NCBI GenBank assembly: GCA_951406725.2 | Contig: OX597825.1 | Coordinates: 54,126,001 to 54,190,000 of the forward strand | From: Octopus vulgaris | Lineage: Eukaryota | DNA: 64,000 bases | Direction: 5' to 3' | Shown here: in pieces, positions 42,495 to 54,165 of the stretch | Position numbering within the stretch: position 1 is the first letter of the stretch | Layout of the letters: each line of letters starts with the position of its first letter | Program-made: the position numbers and the translations under genes | Notes under the pieces: generated by a model | What the model saw: the letters and a program-made list of their open reading frames with translations, nothing else | The model's database searches: none | Told to the model about the DNA's origin: nothing

Positions 42495-42857
42495 ACGAAA
42501 ACTGTTTCTGTATAACGATGTAATGTCTTCATTGGTCTAATAAAAGAGCCGTTAGAAACGGCCGTAATGAATTAGCACTTGTACCTCTATTTATATTTTA
42601 TTCACCTGTATCGGAATCTGCTCTTCTTATATATTATGTACTGTATATTTAATATGATGGACATGTCTGAATAGCTCAATAGTGAATGTTTTTACTCAGG
42701 TGGGACTAATTATCTACAGACACTGCATGAATGTCATTCGGCCGGTACTTATGTAGTAAGTTTGATATGTTGATAATATTGTTGCGTCTGAATATTATTC
42801 CGACCTAACGTGGCGCCTCAATTTAAGTGCCTAATTCAAGTGAATCTTAATTATATA

Positions 42858-43252
42858 GATATATATAAAAGGGAGGTTGTGTGCTGTCTTTCTCCTACGA
42901 TTTAGATTCCTCACTACTCCCACATTTTGCGGTGCAGTTTAACCAAAAGTGGGTATCCTATAGTCATGATTCATATCGAGCCCTTCTGAGTATTAGCGGC
43001 GTCTACGATGAGTCTACAATTTTAAAAATAATTTACCATCAATTTTTCCCATTTTAATGCATTTTTGGCTTATATAAGGGAAGTAACTCTCTAAAAATTT
43101 ATTATTAAATCTCAGAACGTAAAAAGCTACAGTAACCCCCCCCCCCTTTCTGCTTAGCCATATTGAGATGGCTATTATACTTTACATCTCTAAAAATGCT
43201 TATATAGTTATTTCCCTTACAAACCCTGAGCAACGCCAGGCGATACTGCTAG
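42858..43252 (+). mobile_element. Non-autonomous Helitron
   Basis: TATATATAAAA-type 5' end; 3' CCTGAGCAACGCCAGG hairpin followed by CGATACTG-CTAG|T; shares its 3' end with 29231-29613. Confidence 0.78.
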
Positions 43253-43256
43253 TATA

Positions 43257-44760
43257 CATTGCCCCACGGAGCTCATCTCTAAATACCTCGACCGTGTCCT
43301 TGCCCCCCTAGTGGCATCTCTTCCCTCCCACATCCACGATACCAACCATGCTCTCCGGCTTTTCAACTCTTTCTCCTTTCCTCCCGGCTCCTCCAAAATC
43401 CTTTTTACTATGGACATCCAAAGCCTCTATACTGTTATCCCTCACCACGAAGGACTGCAGGCCCTTCAACACTTTCTTGACCTCCGCTCTAACCCTGAAC
43501 CTGACACCTCCACACTCATTCGTCTGGCCGAACTTGTCCTTACTCTGAACTGCTTCTCGTTCGCGGGCGAGTTCTACCATCAGTTCTCGGGAGTGGCCAT
43601 GGGAACGCGAATGGGCCCCAACTATGCGAACCTGTTCGTTGGCTATGTTGAGGCCCAAATATTCTCTAATTTCACTGGTCCCACTCCTGAACTATATGGT
43701 CGTTACATTGACGACATTATCGGTGCCACCTCACTCTCCCGTGAACATCTAGATTCCTTCCTCTCTTTCGTCCAATCTTTCCATCCAGCCCTCCACTTCA
43801 CTTCCACTATCTCCAACACCTCTGTCTCCTTCCTCGACATTTCGGTTAGCATTCTTCACTCCACTCTTACCACCTCCATTCACTACAAACACATAGACTC
43901 ACACTCATACCTCAACTTCTCTTCCTCCCACCCAGAACACACCAAGATTTCCATCCCCTATTCCCAATTCCTCCGTCTACGTAGGCTCTGTAGTGACGAC
44001 CATGACTTTGAGACTCAGTCTCAACGTATGGCTCACCACTTCACCCTACGTGGATACCCCCTCACCACTATCCACACCGCCCTTGCCAGAGCACGGTCCG
44101 TGGACCGTGTATCTGCTCTCTCTCCCCGAACCCGCCCTGTAGTCTCCCGCCTCCCTTTTCCCCTCACTTACCACCCCACGACCCTACCTCTCCAACGCAC
44201 CATTCTTCGAGCTTTCCGTCATCTCCAGTCCGACCCGTCCACTTCACACCTCTTCCCTAACCGACCCCTCCCCTCTTTCAAACGAGCCCACAACCTTCGA
44301 GACCTTTTAGTCCATAGCTCCTTCCCTGACCCTACCTCCCAACCCGGCTCGTTCCCCTGCTCCCGCCCACGTTGCCGCACTTGCCCTTACCTCTCCAACA
44401 CCACCCTCCTCACTAGCACCCATCATCGACCCTATCCCATCATCAACTCCTTCACCTGCACCTCCAGCAATATTATCTATTGCGTCTCTTGCTGTCTCTG
44501 ACATTCCTTGTACATCGGACAAACGGGACGCCGCTTTGCTGACCGGTTCGCGGAACACCTTCGTGACATCCACCTTGCGAACGACACGCCGGTCTCACGC
44601 GATTTGCGCTCCACCGGTCACTCCTTGCAACACCTATCTGTGTTCGGTTTGTCTTTACACAGAGGCCATCCGGATTCCCGTTTGCGCCGTAAACAGGAAT
44701 TAATCTTCTCTCTTCGCTCTTATACGCCATTTGGTCTCAACTCTCCCCCCTCCTCATCTA
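43257..44760 (+). pseudogene. PLE RT / GIY-YIG polyprotein fragment; one in-frame TGA at 44499-44501
   Basis: CPTELISKYLD, FTMDIQSLYT, GVAMGTRMGPNYANLF, YGRYIDD, SFLD, IPYSQFLRLRRLCS, IIYCVSCCL*HSLYIGQTGR, PFGLN; ORFs 43311-44501 and 44508 onward share a frame. Confidence 0.9.
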
Positions 44761-45313
44761 ACCCCCCTCTCCCCCTCCTCACCTACCTTTCCCCCCGACC
44801 CCTACTTCTTCAGTCCTTCATCCTTTCACCCCTACTCCCCTTCCCTTCTTCCCTCTTTCTCCCTCCCTCCTTCCCTCTTCCCCTTCCCTCTGCTCCCTCA
44901 CTCCCCTTCTCTCTCCCCTCTCCCTCCTTCCTCCTTCCTCCTCCCCCCTCCTCTCCCCCCTCCCCTCCCCCTCTTCTCCTCTCTCCACACTACACCACAC
45001 GACTTTACACATCACATCATATATGACGTGCCATACTAATACATACTAATACATACTAATACATACACCAACCCTATACATACACACGTCCAGACCTCTC
45101 ATACGCACTAATACTCTCTCATACACACACACACACACACACCCTTATGTTGGAGCAGGTCATTCAACCCTATTATCTCCCCTAATTTCGCTCTCGCGTC
45201 TCATGTTTGATCTTTGACTTCTGGCCGAAATCAGATCGCCATATTGATTCGTTAGTTACTGCACGCATTTTTTTCTCTCCCTCTTTCTGTGTTTTTTTTC
45301 TCTGTGTATCTTT

Positions 45314-45341
45314 CTGTTGAAGAGCGTAGGCTCGAAACGTT
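45314..45341 (+). ncRNA. Minimal hammerhead-like motif in PLE 3' terminal repeat
   Basis: CTGTTGAA-GAGC-GTAG-GCTC-GAAAC-GTT; variant core; homologue at 63587. Confidence 0.55.
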
Positions 45342-45444
45342 AAAGACTTGTTTTATTTATATTTCCTGAGTGCCATACTAATACAATTGTTTGTTTGCTT
45401 TCCACCTGCCTTCGTCTTTTGTCTATTTTCATAAAGCTTCCCGT

Positions 45445-45531
<87 letters not shown>

Positions 45532-46176
45532 TATATATAACGTATTCTATGCCATTCTATGCTATATATATAAATGTTTGTGATTAATCAATAGCCATTG
45601 ACCCTAATATTTCACTGCTATAAAATTTTACCGTCTCCGGGGTGGGGGGTAAATGAAAACCTTGACCTCGGCCCACTTAGTGCTCGCAACATAATGATCA
45701 GAAATAAGTACAGCAACGTACGTTTTCCGACACTCTATCGATTTAACTTATCGTCAAACTTGTATTACTATTAGTAAATACCACAATATTTCTGTTAGTT
45801 GATTACAAAAACAATTTTTACAATAAATTTTGAAGATTAAACCCTCAGAAAAGGGCATAAAACATTTAGTGATAATTTGGCTGAATTCCTATATTTCCGT
45901 CCCTTCTGTCCTGATTTAATCTTCTATCTATAATTAGTTTAAATCATTTCACACTCTCCTTTCTCTATCCGGCATTAATGATAAACTCATATTTGTATGT
46001 GTGCATACACACACATTCACATTTATATGTACATATATTCTATATTCCTATACGTGTGTGTGTGTGTGTGTGTGTGCGTGTCTGTATATATATATATATG
46101 AGTGTATATATATTTATGCGATTGTGCACAGATATATGTGTGCATTTATTTGAATGTCTATGGATTTATATGCCTC

Positions 46177-46210
<34 letters not shown>

Positions 46211-46279
46211 CATATATATATATATATACACACACATACATGTATGTATATATATATATAGAGAGAGAGAGATAAATAA

Positions 46280-46320
<41 letters not shown>

Positions 46321-47240
46321 TAAATATATATATATATGTATGTTTATACATACATATATATATACACATACAAACACATATATATGTATGTTGTATGGAT
46401 AAATATCCTTTTTCAAGACGTATATCACACACAATATTTCTTATATTTTCAAGTATGTTTACTCTGTAGACGGCCATCATAAACAATGCTATATTTTCTC
46501 TCGATAAAAACACATCCATTAACAGACGTCACTTTCCCAAACTGTCAATGTCTTTCATATTGACTAAACACGAGTTGTTATCGCTTTGGGTTGTTTATTA
46601 TAATCGTTATCATTGTCGTTGTTGTTGTTGTTGTTGTTGTTGTTGTTCTTCTTCTTCTTCTTCTTCTTCTTCTTCTTCTTCTTCTTCTTCTTCTTTATCT
46701 TCTTCTTTTCCTTCTTCTTTTCCTTCTTCTTCGTGATGTCATTGACGTTCTCGCCGTTGTTGTTGTCGTTGTTGTTGTTGTTGTTTAGGACAAGGTCATT
46801 TGAGATCCCTCTTATTTTGTTTATAACGGTAAAATGAATAAAAGACTGTTGTCTAGAAACTCGAGCAACTACAGATAAGATTTTGATGAACTTCAATATA
46901 AGTTAAAGTTCGTCCCTTGAGCATTTCCGACATTATTTTCTGTATTCTGTAACTAATTCTGAATGCTTCGACTTGATGAAGCTACATTAGTTTCGTATAT
47001 TTACGTTGTATCGTCCTGTAAGGTATGAATTCATACATGTTGGAGCAGAGAAAAATGAGGTATCTCAATCAATGAAACTCTTTTCCAAACTAATTTACTT
47101 CATTCAGTTATCATATCAAATACACACACGCATGTACACACGCACACGGACGAACGCACACTTGCTCACACACGCATGCACGCACAAACACAAACATACA
47201 CATACACTTACATATACACACACATGCATATATACAAACG

Positions 47241-47670
<430 letters not shown>

Positions 47671-48614
47671 TAAATATACTAAAACGGCTGACAGTGACTG
47701 ATTTAAAAATGTCAGCTTCCTCGCCTTAATCAGACAAAAAAAGAATTGATCAATCAAACCTAAGAAAATCTTCCCATCATAACCTTGTATTAACCTTGAC
47801 ACTTCCTACACAATCATTTCTCCTTTCACATTTAACCGTACTGATTGTCTTGTACGTAGTTCCATCTATCCACAAAATGACTTACCAAACACTATGACAG
47901 CCCGAAAGTTACAAACTGAAACTCGGGCAGATGAAAGTGAACGAGTCGCAACTACGAAATCTTTGCCAATCTTATCTTTGAAAAATGTTAGGACGTAGGT
48001 ACTCTACGAAACATTACTTAGTAATCAGTCAGATTGATGTAAAATTGCTATATAAAACTTGACACAAAAACAAACTTTACACGAGAGATTAGAAGTGTGT
48101 ATAAATATATATGTACTAGCTGAAGCTATGCAGTCAGAAATGGTGGCTAATTGTAGTGTTTTATAAATAAATAAGATACATAATAATCACAATTACAAAC
48201 ATTCATATACTTCCTTGTACCTACGCACACATACACATATATACTGACACAGAGCTGAAACGCTGTTTGATTTTTCGTTGAATATTCACCACCCAACTTC
48301 CATTGCTCGCACACGCACGCACACAAACAGACACAAACATAAACATTCACATGACTCCTTTACATACACACACATACACTGACGCAGAGTTTAAATGCTG
48401 TTTGATCTTTATTTTCGCAATAGAACTTCCATCATCCCACTACCAAGTTTGCCATTACCCCTTCCTTCCTTATTCCCTTGTCACTTGTCACTCCTTCTTT
48501 TCTCATTCATATGTTGTCAAGGAGAAATGCACAAGAGTACTATTATAGCGTATGTATATGTGTGAGTGTGCGTATATATATATGTATACACATATATATA
48601 TATATATATCATAT

Positions 48615-48720
48615 AGGCGCAGGTTTAGCTGTGTGGGAAGAAGCTTGCTTCCCAACCACATGGTTCCGAGTTCAGTCCCATTGCCTGGCATCTTGGGCAA
48701 GTGTCTTCTGCTGTAGCCTC
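48615..48720 (+). mobile_element. SINE family A, 5' part
   Basis: AGGCGCAGGTTTAGCTGTGTGG..GAGTTCAGTCCC..TCTTGGGCAAGTG. Confidence 0.8.
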
Positions 48721-49946
48721 TCATTGACCACAACCTTCGTATTTTCCACCTTAAATCGTCATAGTTGTTTCTTCTTTCACATTGATCCTCTTATATAGAT
48801 TGCCATACTCTTTACTCTCTTTTTACTCTTTTACTTGTTTCAGTCATTTGACTGCGGCCATGCTGGAGCACCGCCTTTAGTCGAGCAAATCGACCCTAGG
48901 ACTTATTCTTTGTAAGCCTGGTACTTATTCTATCGGTCTCTTTTGCCGAACCGCTAAATTACAGGGACATAAACACACCAACATCGGTTGTCAAGCGATG
49001 TTGGTGGGGGACAAACACAGACACACAAACACACACATACATATATATACATATACATATATACGACGGGCTTTTTTCAGTTTCCTTCTACCAAATACAC
49101 TCACAAGGCTTTGGTCGGCCCGAGGCTATAGTAGAAGACACTCGCCCAAGGTGCCACGCAGTGGGAGTGAACCCGGAACCATGTGGTTGGTAAGCAAGCT
49201 ACTTACCACACAGCCACTCCCTATCGGGGTCGATACATGTTCTTTCCTTTTTAATCATCAAAACAATGCCAGGTTTTCGATGTCTGGTCGGACGAACGCA
49301 CTGGATCATTGCATTTCACAGGGTTTTGCAATTCTCATTTTTGGTAACTCTTTCTAGAGTTTTCTCATACCACGTCTTCGCTCTTTGTAGGCTGTGATTT
49401 CCACAGAGCTCCCAATGGATCATTCTTGCCACATTATCATGGCGTCTTTTGCATTCGCGTTGTACCAATTTCGGGCATTCGCTAACGATGTGCCATACCG
49501 TTTTACCCCTCTCACTACACATTCTGCATTTGTTGCTATCGGTAGTGTTGTCTATTCTGCACTTCACATAATTGTTCCTTAACACTTTTTCCTGAGCTTC
49601 GCATATGAGTGCTTCTGTCTCTAACTTTATGTCAATCCTCCTCATCCATAACCATCGGTTCTCTGCATCTGCCTTGGCGTTCACATTTCTTGCATATTAA
49701 CCGTACATTTTCTTTTCCTTCCGTGCTTATTCTTTTCTTCTTTTTTTTTCATTTCTTGTTTGAATATTTCTTTAGTTACGCAATTTTCAGTTTTGATGAC
49801 GTCGGCCTTCTTCGTGTATTTCAACAGTGGCTCCAAGCCTTTTTTATATACAGCCCTAGGCTGTTTTCGTCTGCCTCGATAATCTCTTGGCAACTGATCA
49901 TACCTCTCCCAACCTCTCTTCTGGACAAGTACAGCATATCGGTGTC
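48720..49946 (-). mobile_element. Older R4/Dong family fragment (E), interrupted by a SINE
   Basis: DTDMLYLSRREVGRG, ETEALICEAQEKVLRNNY, CRMC..HIVSEC, RRHDNVAR, RKPGIV; resumes beyond the SINE as NYDDLRWKIRRLWSMR. Confidence 0.85.
48808..49221 (-). mobile_element. SINE family A, full length and well conserved
   Basis: A box TGGCTGTGTGG, B box GGTTCACTCCC, CORE-like CACCTTGGGCGAGTG, GAGTAAAA-type repeated tail. Confidence 0.9.
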
Positions 49947-49967
49947 ATTATTATAATTATTATTATT

Positions 49968-50132
49968 CTATGTTTGACTTTTGCTTTATATTTGTACAAG
50001 TTGGCTCCAAGTCTCACCCAGAGACCTCAAGAGACAACAGGGTTGGAAGTTCATGTTGTTGTTATGCCTAGTGTGTGCCATATATTTGGGGGGTGGGGAT
50101 GTTGTACTAATGAATGTCTAAAAATAAAAAAA

Positions 50133-50168
<36 letters not shown>

Positions 50169-53100
50169 CGAAAATTATGTTTGTTTTAAACCTTGAGATT
50201 ACATAGAGAGTATTTTGCGTAGGATATGAGCAGTTCCCATGAGCACTATCTTTTGAACTTCTGCCATTTTTGGGTTTCCTGGTATCTGAGTTAGGTAGCT
50301 ATCAGCCCCTTTTGCTATCATTCCCAGGGCACCTATGACAACAGGTATTGTTTTAGTCTTCAGCTTCCACATTTTGCTGATTTCTATTTCAAGATCTTTA
50401 TATTTGCTCAGTTTTTGGTAGGTCTTGACAGATACGTTTATATCGATTGGGACAGTCATATCAATGAGGAGGCATGTTCTTTGTTTGAAGTTTTTCAATA
50501 TGATGTCTGGCCTGTTTGCATCTATCTTCCTGTCAGTTTGAATGGTGAAGTTCCAGAGGAGTGAGATGTGGTCATTTTCAAGCACTGGGGGTGGTTTGTG
50601 TTCCCACCAGTTTTTTTCATGGGGCAAATCCAGGTTTTTACAGATTACCCAGTGAATATATTGTGCAGCTCTATCGTGCCTGTTGAGATACTCTGTAGGC
50701 GCTAGAAGACTGCACTTGGAGACCACATGGTCAATGGTTTCATTTTGTTGCTTGCATACACGACACGTTGGACTGCTTCTGATCTTTAATATGTTGGCCT
50801 GGTAGTTTCTTGTTGGTAGGCATTGATCTTGAGCTGCTATGATAAACCCCTCTGTTTCAGATTTTAAGCCAGAGGCCATTAGCCATTGATGGGTCAGGGC
50901 TTTGTCGATATATGCATTATTCGCTCTCTTTGGGTATTTGCCATAGAGAGGTTTTTCTTGCCATTTATTATTCAGAATATCTAAGGCCGCAGTTTTGGCA
51001 CGGGTTTTCATGCGCCTAGCTTTTTCTGTGCTTGTTTCTTGTATATCTATCTCCGAAATTGGTTGTATTCGGAATTCACTTAGATATTCCTTTGCCTGTT
51101 TTGTGACTGAGTATGATGCTTTCTTGTTTTCATGTTTTGAGACAAGTTTTAGCATCCAGTCCTCAGAGTTTTTCAGGTAGGTGTCTAGGCCAATTGTAGC
51201 AATCTTCATTGTTATTGCCAGTTGCAAAAGACCACGGCCTCCCTCTTTTCTTGGCAGATAGAGTCGTTCTGTATCTGCCTTAGGGTGGTGCATTCTATGC
51301 ATTGTCAACAGTTTCCTTATTTTTCTGTCGAGCTGACATATTTCAGTAATTGACCAGTTAACAATATTGAAACTGTAAGTCACGACTGGTATAGCTAATG
51401 CATTGATTGCTTCGATCCTGTTTCTTGCATTCAGCTCTGTCTTGAGTATTGCTCTCACTCTTCGATAGCATTCTCTCCTGATCCTTTCCTTCATCTCTGA
51501 ATGCCTTATTCCGTTCCCTTCAATTATCCCTAGGTACTTGTAGCTCTCCGCTGGGTCTAGTTCTTTTATGACATTCTGTTGGTCAAGGTTAACGTTAGAT
51601 GTTTCTGTCATTTTTCCTTTGATAAAGGTAGCCTTTGCACATTTATCGAGGCCGAATTGCATTCTGATGTCGTCACTGAATTGTTTGACTATCGCTAGTA
51701 AGCCCTTGAGTTGTTGATCATTTTTTGCAAAAAGCTTTAAATCATCCATGTAAACGAGATGATTTATATTTTTATCAAACATTTTATACCCGTACTGCGC
51801 GTCATTGAGCAGCTTTGAGAGAGGTATTAAGGATAAACAAAAGAGGAGTGGTGATAGTGAGTCACCCTGGAAAATGCCACACGAAATTTTTACATCACCA
51901 GCATTTAGGAATTCACTGTCACTGTTCAGAGTTAGTGTGGTTCTCCATGATCTCATACTTACAGTCAAGAAGTTTCGCAGAGTTGGTGCTATCTTATACA
52001 TTTCAAGGCATTTTCTAATCCAGCTATGTGGTAGGCTATCAAAAGCCTTTTTATAGTCTATCCAGGCTATTGATAAGTTTTTGTGTCGTTTGTGACAATC
52101 TTCTAAGATCATCTTATTGATGAGTAGTTGGTCTTTACAGCCGTAGGATCCACGTTTACATCCTTTCTGTTCATTAGGGAATATGCTGCTGTCTGTTAAA
52201 AAACTATAGGTATATTCCGTCAGGACAGATGTTAGTGTTTTGTACATAGTTGTTAAGCAAGTTATGGGTCTATAGTTTTTTGGTTCATTTGTTTCTTCAC
52301 TTTTTGGAAGCAGGAATGTTAACCCATTAACTAGCCAAGGAGGCATCCTACTAGGGTGTTGCAAAACATCATTGTACAGTTCTGTTAGCAGTTCATGGCT
52401 CTCTGGGAAGGCATTCAGCCAGAAGTTAGGAATTTTATCCTTTCCTGGAGACTTCCATTTGCTTGACCTCCTGAGAGCAGATCTTATATCTTCTACCTTG
52501 ACACCCTCCCACTTTTGCTCTTCTAAGGGGTCCAGTTCTGTAGATATTCTGTCAATCCAGGGGGCCTTTTCGTTGTGTGTTTTTTCTTCTGCCCAGATTT
52601 TATTCCAAAATCTCTGCACTTCTTCTTTTGATGGTACAGACCCTGCAGTAAACGCTGTTTTTCCTATCTTCCGGTAAAAATTCTTGGTGTTATTTTTGAA
52701 CATGTTGTTGTCCTTGAAAAATCTAACACGCTTTTCATACCTCGCTATGCGGGCAGCTTTGGCAGATACCTTTTGTTTGATGGTTTCTATGGTGGCATCA
52801 ATATCAAGTATAGTTTTCATATTGTATTTTTTCAGTAATTTTTGGGTTTTTGTAGGTTTGGTAATCTTGTGAGCCTTAAGGTTTTTCAAATATTCAATGT
52901 CAGATCTAAATATTTTAATTTGTTGTTGCAGACGCTCTTGCCAAGAAGGCTTTTTGTGGGACTGTTGCCGTTTTCTAATCTTTACACCACATAGGATCGT
53001 TGAGATTTTCGCGGATGCATAGTATAGGTGGTTGAGGTTTGTGATATCAACATCATTAACTGAAATTATATCCTTAAGTGCAAGCCGGATTTTACCAATT

Positions 53101-53718
53101 ATTTTCATGTTTTGGTTAGAGTTGCGGATTTTAGGAAGTGTATCACGCTCATCCATGCTGGTTTCTTTAATTTTCAGCCATTCAATCATGATTTGATTTT
53201 TTAGCTCATGTAGTTCTGTTGGGTCAATATTTGTGTGACTTTCTTTATCTATTTGATGCTCATCTGTCTTAGTGTTTATGATTGGTTCAGGGCGTATTTC
53301 ACTTTGCCTATCACTTATACTAACTCTTTCAATCCTCTCTTCGTTTTTATCCGCCCTGGGCTGGTCTATAATCATTTCCTCTGTATTATCTTCTCTAGCT
53401 GCAGCTTCGTTCATTTTATCCGATATTGCTTGTCTAACCTGATCAATCTCTACTTCAGTCAGTAATTTCTTTTTTATAATGTTTCTTCTAACATTGGCAA
53501 GCTTGTTACTGTCTATGTAGGGTCTTACTTCAGGGTGTTTCTGTCTCCAGTTTAAGTATGCTTGTACAGTGCTAGACTTATCTGTGGGGAAATATATGGC
53601 ATGGTAGAAGGCCTCAAGAACTTCTTTATTATCTTCCCTAGACCATTTTTCCTTCTTTTTCTTTTGATTATTTGGTGATGAGCATGGATGGCCATCTGTT
53701 GGAATATTCCGGTTGTGG
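49968..53718 (-). mobile_element. Young R4/Dong retrotransposon (copy D), slightly 5'-truncated
   Basis: Highly similar to copy B including its 3' UTR; (TAA)n on the element strand at both ends; 5' end corresponds to ~10726 of copy B. Confidence 0.95.
50199..53717 (-). CDS. Uninterrupted RT-CCHC-REL endonuclease ORF (1071 aa from first ATG at 53414; frame open ~100 codons further upstream)
   Basis: KWSREDNKEVL, YRPITCL, DYKKAFDS, QGDSLSP, YMDDLKL, YKYLG, CRVC..HVVSKC, RHD, RPDII, LIDM, KLSKY; no stops found. Confidence 0.93.
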   Translation of the reverse strand, partial: HNRNIPTDGHPCSSPNNQKKKKEKWSREDNKEVLEAFYHAIYFPTDKSSTVQAYLNWRQKHPEVRPYIDSNKLANVRRNIIKKKLLTEVEIDQVRQAISDKMNEAAAREDNTEEMIIDQPRADKNEERIERVSISDRQSEIRPEPIINTKTDEHQIDKESHTNIDPTELHELKNQIMIEWLKIKETSMDERDTLPKIRNSNQNMKIIGKIRLALKDIISVNDVDITNLNHLYYASAKISTILCGVKIRKRQQSHKKPSWQERLQQQIKIFRSDIEYLKNLKAHKITKPTKTQKLLKKYNMKTILDIDATIETIKQKVSAKAARIARYEKRVRFFKDNNMFKNNTKNFYRKIGKTAFTAGSVPSKEEVQRFWNKIWAEEKTHNEKAPWIDRISTELDPLEEQKWEGVKVEDIRSALRRSSKWKSPGKDKIPNFWLNAFPESHELLTELYNDVLQHPSRMPPWLVNGLTFLLPKSEETNEPKNYRPITCLTTMYKTLTSVLTEYTYSFLTDSSIFPNEQKGCKRGSYGCKDQLLINKMILEDCHKRHKNLSIAWIDYKKAFDSLPHSWIRKCLEMYKIAPTLRNFLTVSMRSWRTTLTLNSDSEFLNAGDVKISCGIFQGDSLSPLLFCLSLIPLSKLLNDAQYGYKMFDKNINHLVYMDDLKLFAKNDQQLKGLLAIVKQFSDDIRMQFGLDKCAKATFIKGKMTETSNVNLDQQNVIKELDPAESYKYLGIIEGNGIRHSEMKERIRRECYRRVRAILKTELNARNRIEAINALAIPVVTYSFNIVNWSITEICQLDRKIRKLLTMHRMHHPKADTERLYLPRKEGGRGLLQLAITMKIATIGLDTYLKNSEDWMLKLVSKHENKKASYSVTKQAKEYLSEFRIQPISEIDIQETSTEKARRMKTRAKTAALDILNNKWQEKPLYGKYPKRANNAYIDKALTHQWLMASGLKSETEGFIIAAQDQCLPTRNYQANILKIRSSPTCRVCKQQNETIDHVVSKCSLLAPTEYLNRHDRAAQYIHWVICKNLDLPHEKNWWEHKPPPVLENDHISLLWNFTIQTDRKIDANRPDIILKNFKQRTCLLIDMTVPIDINVSVKTYQKLSKYKDLEIEISKMWKLKTKTIPVVIGALGMIAKGADSYLTQIPGNPKMAEVQKIVLMGTAHILRKILSM

Positions 53719-53728
53719 GATAATAATA

Positions 53729-53802
<74 letters not shown>

Positions 53803-53949
53803 CATTATTATTATTATTTTATTATTATTTTATTATTATTATTGTTATTGTCATTGTTGTTGTTGTTGTCGTTTTTGTTGTTGTTGTTGTTGTTGTCGTT
53901 GTTGTTGTTGTTGTCGTCGTCGTCGTCGTCGTTGTTGTTGTTGTTTTAA

Positions 53950-54165
53950 GGCGGCGAGCTGGCAGAATCATTAGCACGCCAAGCGAAATACTTAGTGGTA
54001 TTTCCTCTGTCGCTGCTCTGAATTCCGCCGAGGTCGACTTTGCCTTTCATTTTTTCAGTGTCGATAAATTAAGTATCAGTTGAGTACGGGAGTCGATGTC
54101 ATCGATTGTCCCGTTCCCCGCAAAATCCAGGCCTTGTGCCTATACTAGAAAGGATTATTATTATT
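53950..54165 (+). mobile_element. SINE family B, full length, (ATT)n tail
   Basis: GGCGGCGAGCTGGCAGAATCATTAGCACG head; GAGGTCGACTTTGCCTTTCAT core; GGCCTTGTGCCTATACTAGAAAGG-ATTATT tail. Confidence 0.85.

Larger units (their letters stand above)
43257..45445 (+). mobile_element. Penelope-like element (Neptune-type), 5'-truncated
   Basis: RT plus C-terminal GIY-YIG, Cys-rich linker PCSRPRCRTC, 3' terminal repeat with hammerhead-like motif, ends in (TA)n. Confidence 0.9.

Noticed and set aside
44731-45039. Pro/Ser-rich ORF extension
   Set aside because: Translation of a polypyrimidine tract downstream of the PLE GLN terminus
45024-45080. SECIS element (ATGA..AA)
   Set aside because: No downstream complementary strand with a GA quartet could be paired by eye
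50995-53465. Short ORFs antisense to the Dong ORF, present in both copies B and D
   Set aside because: Expected from the high identity of the two copies; no independent coding evidence
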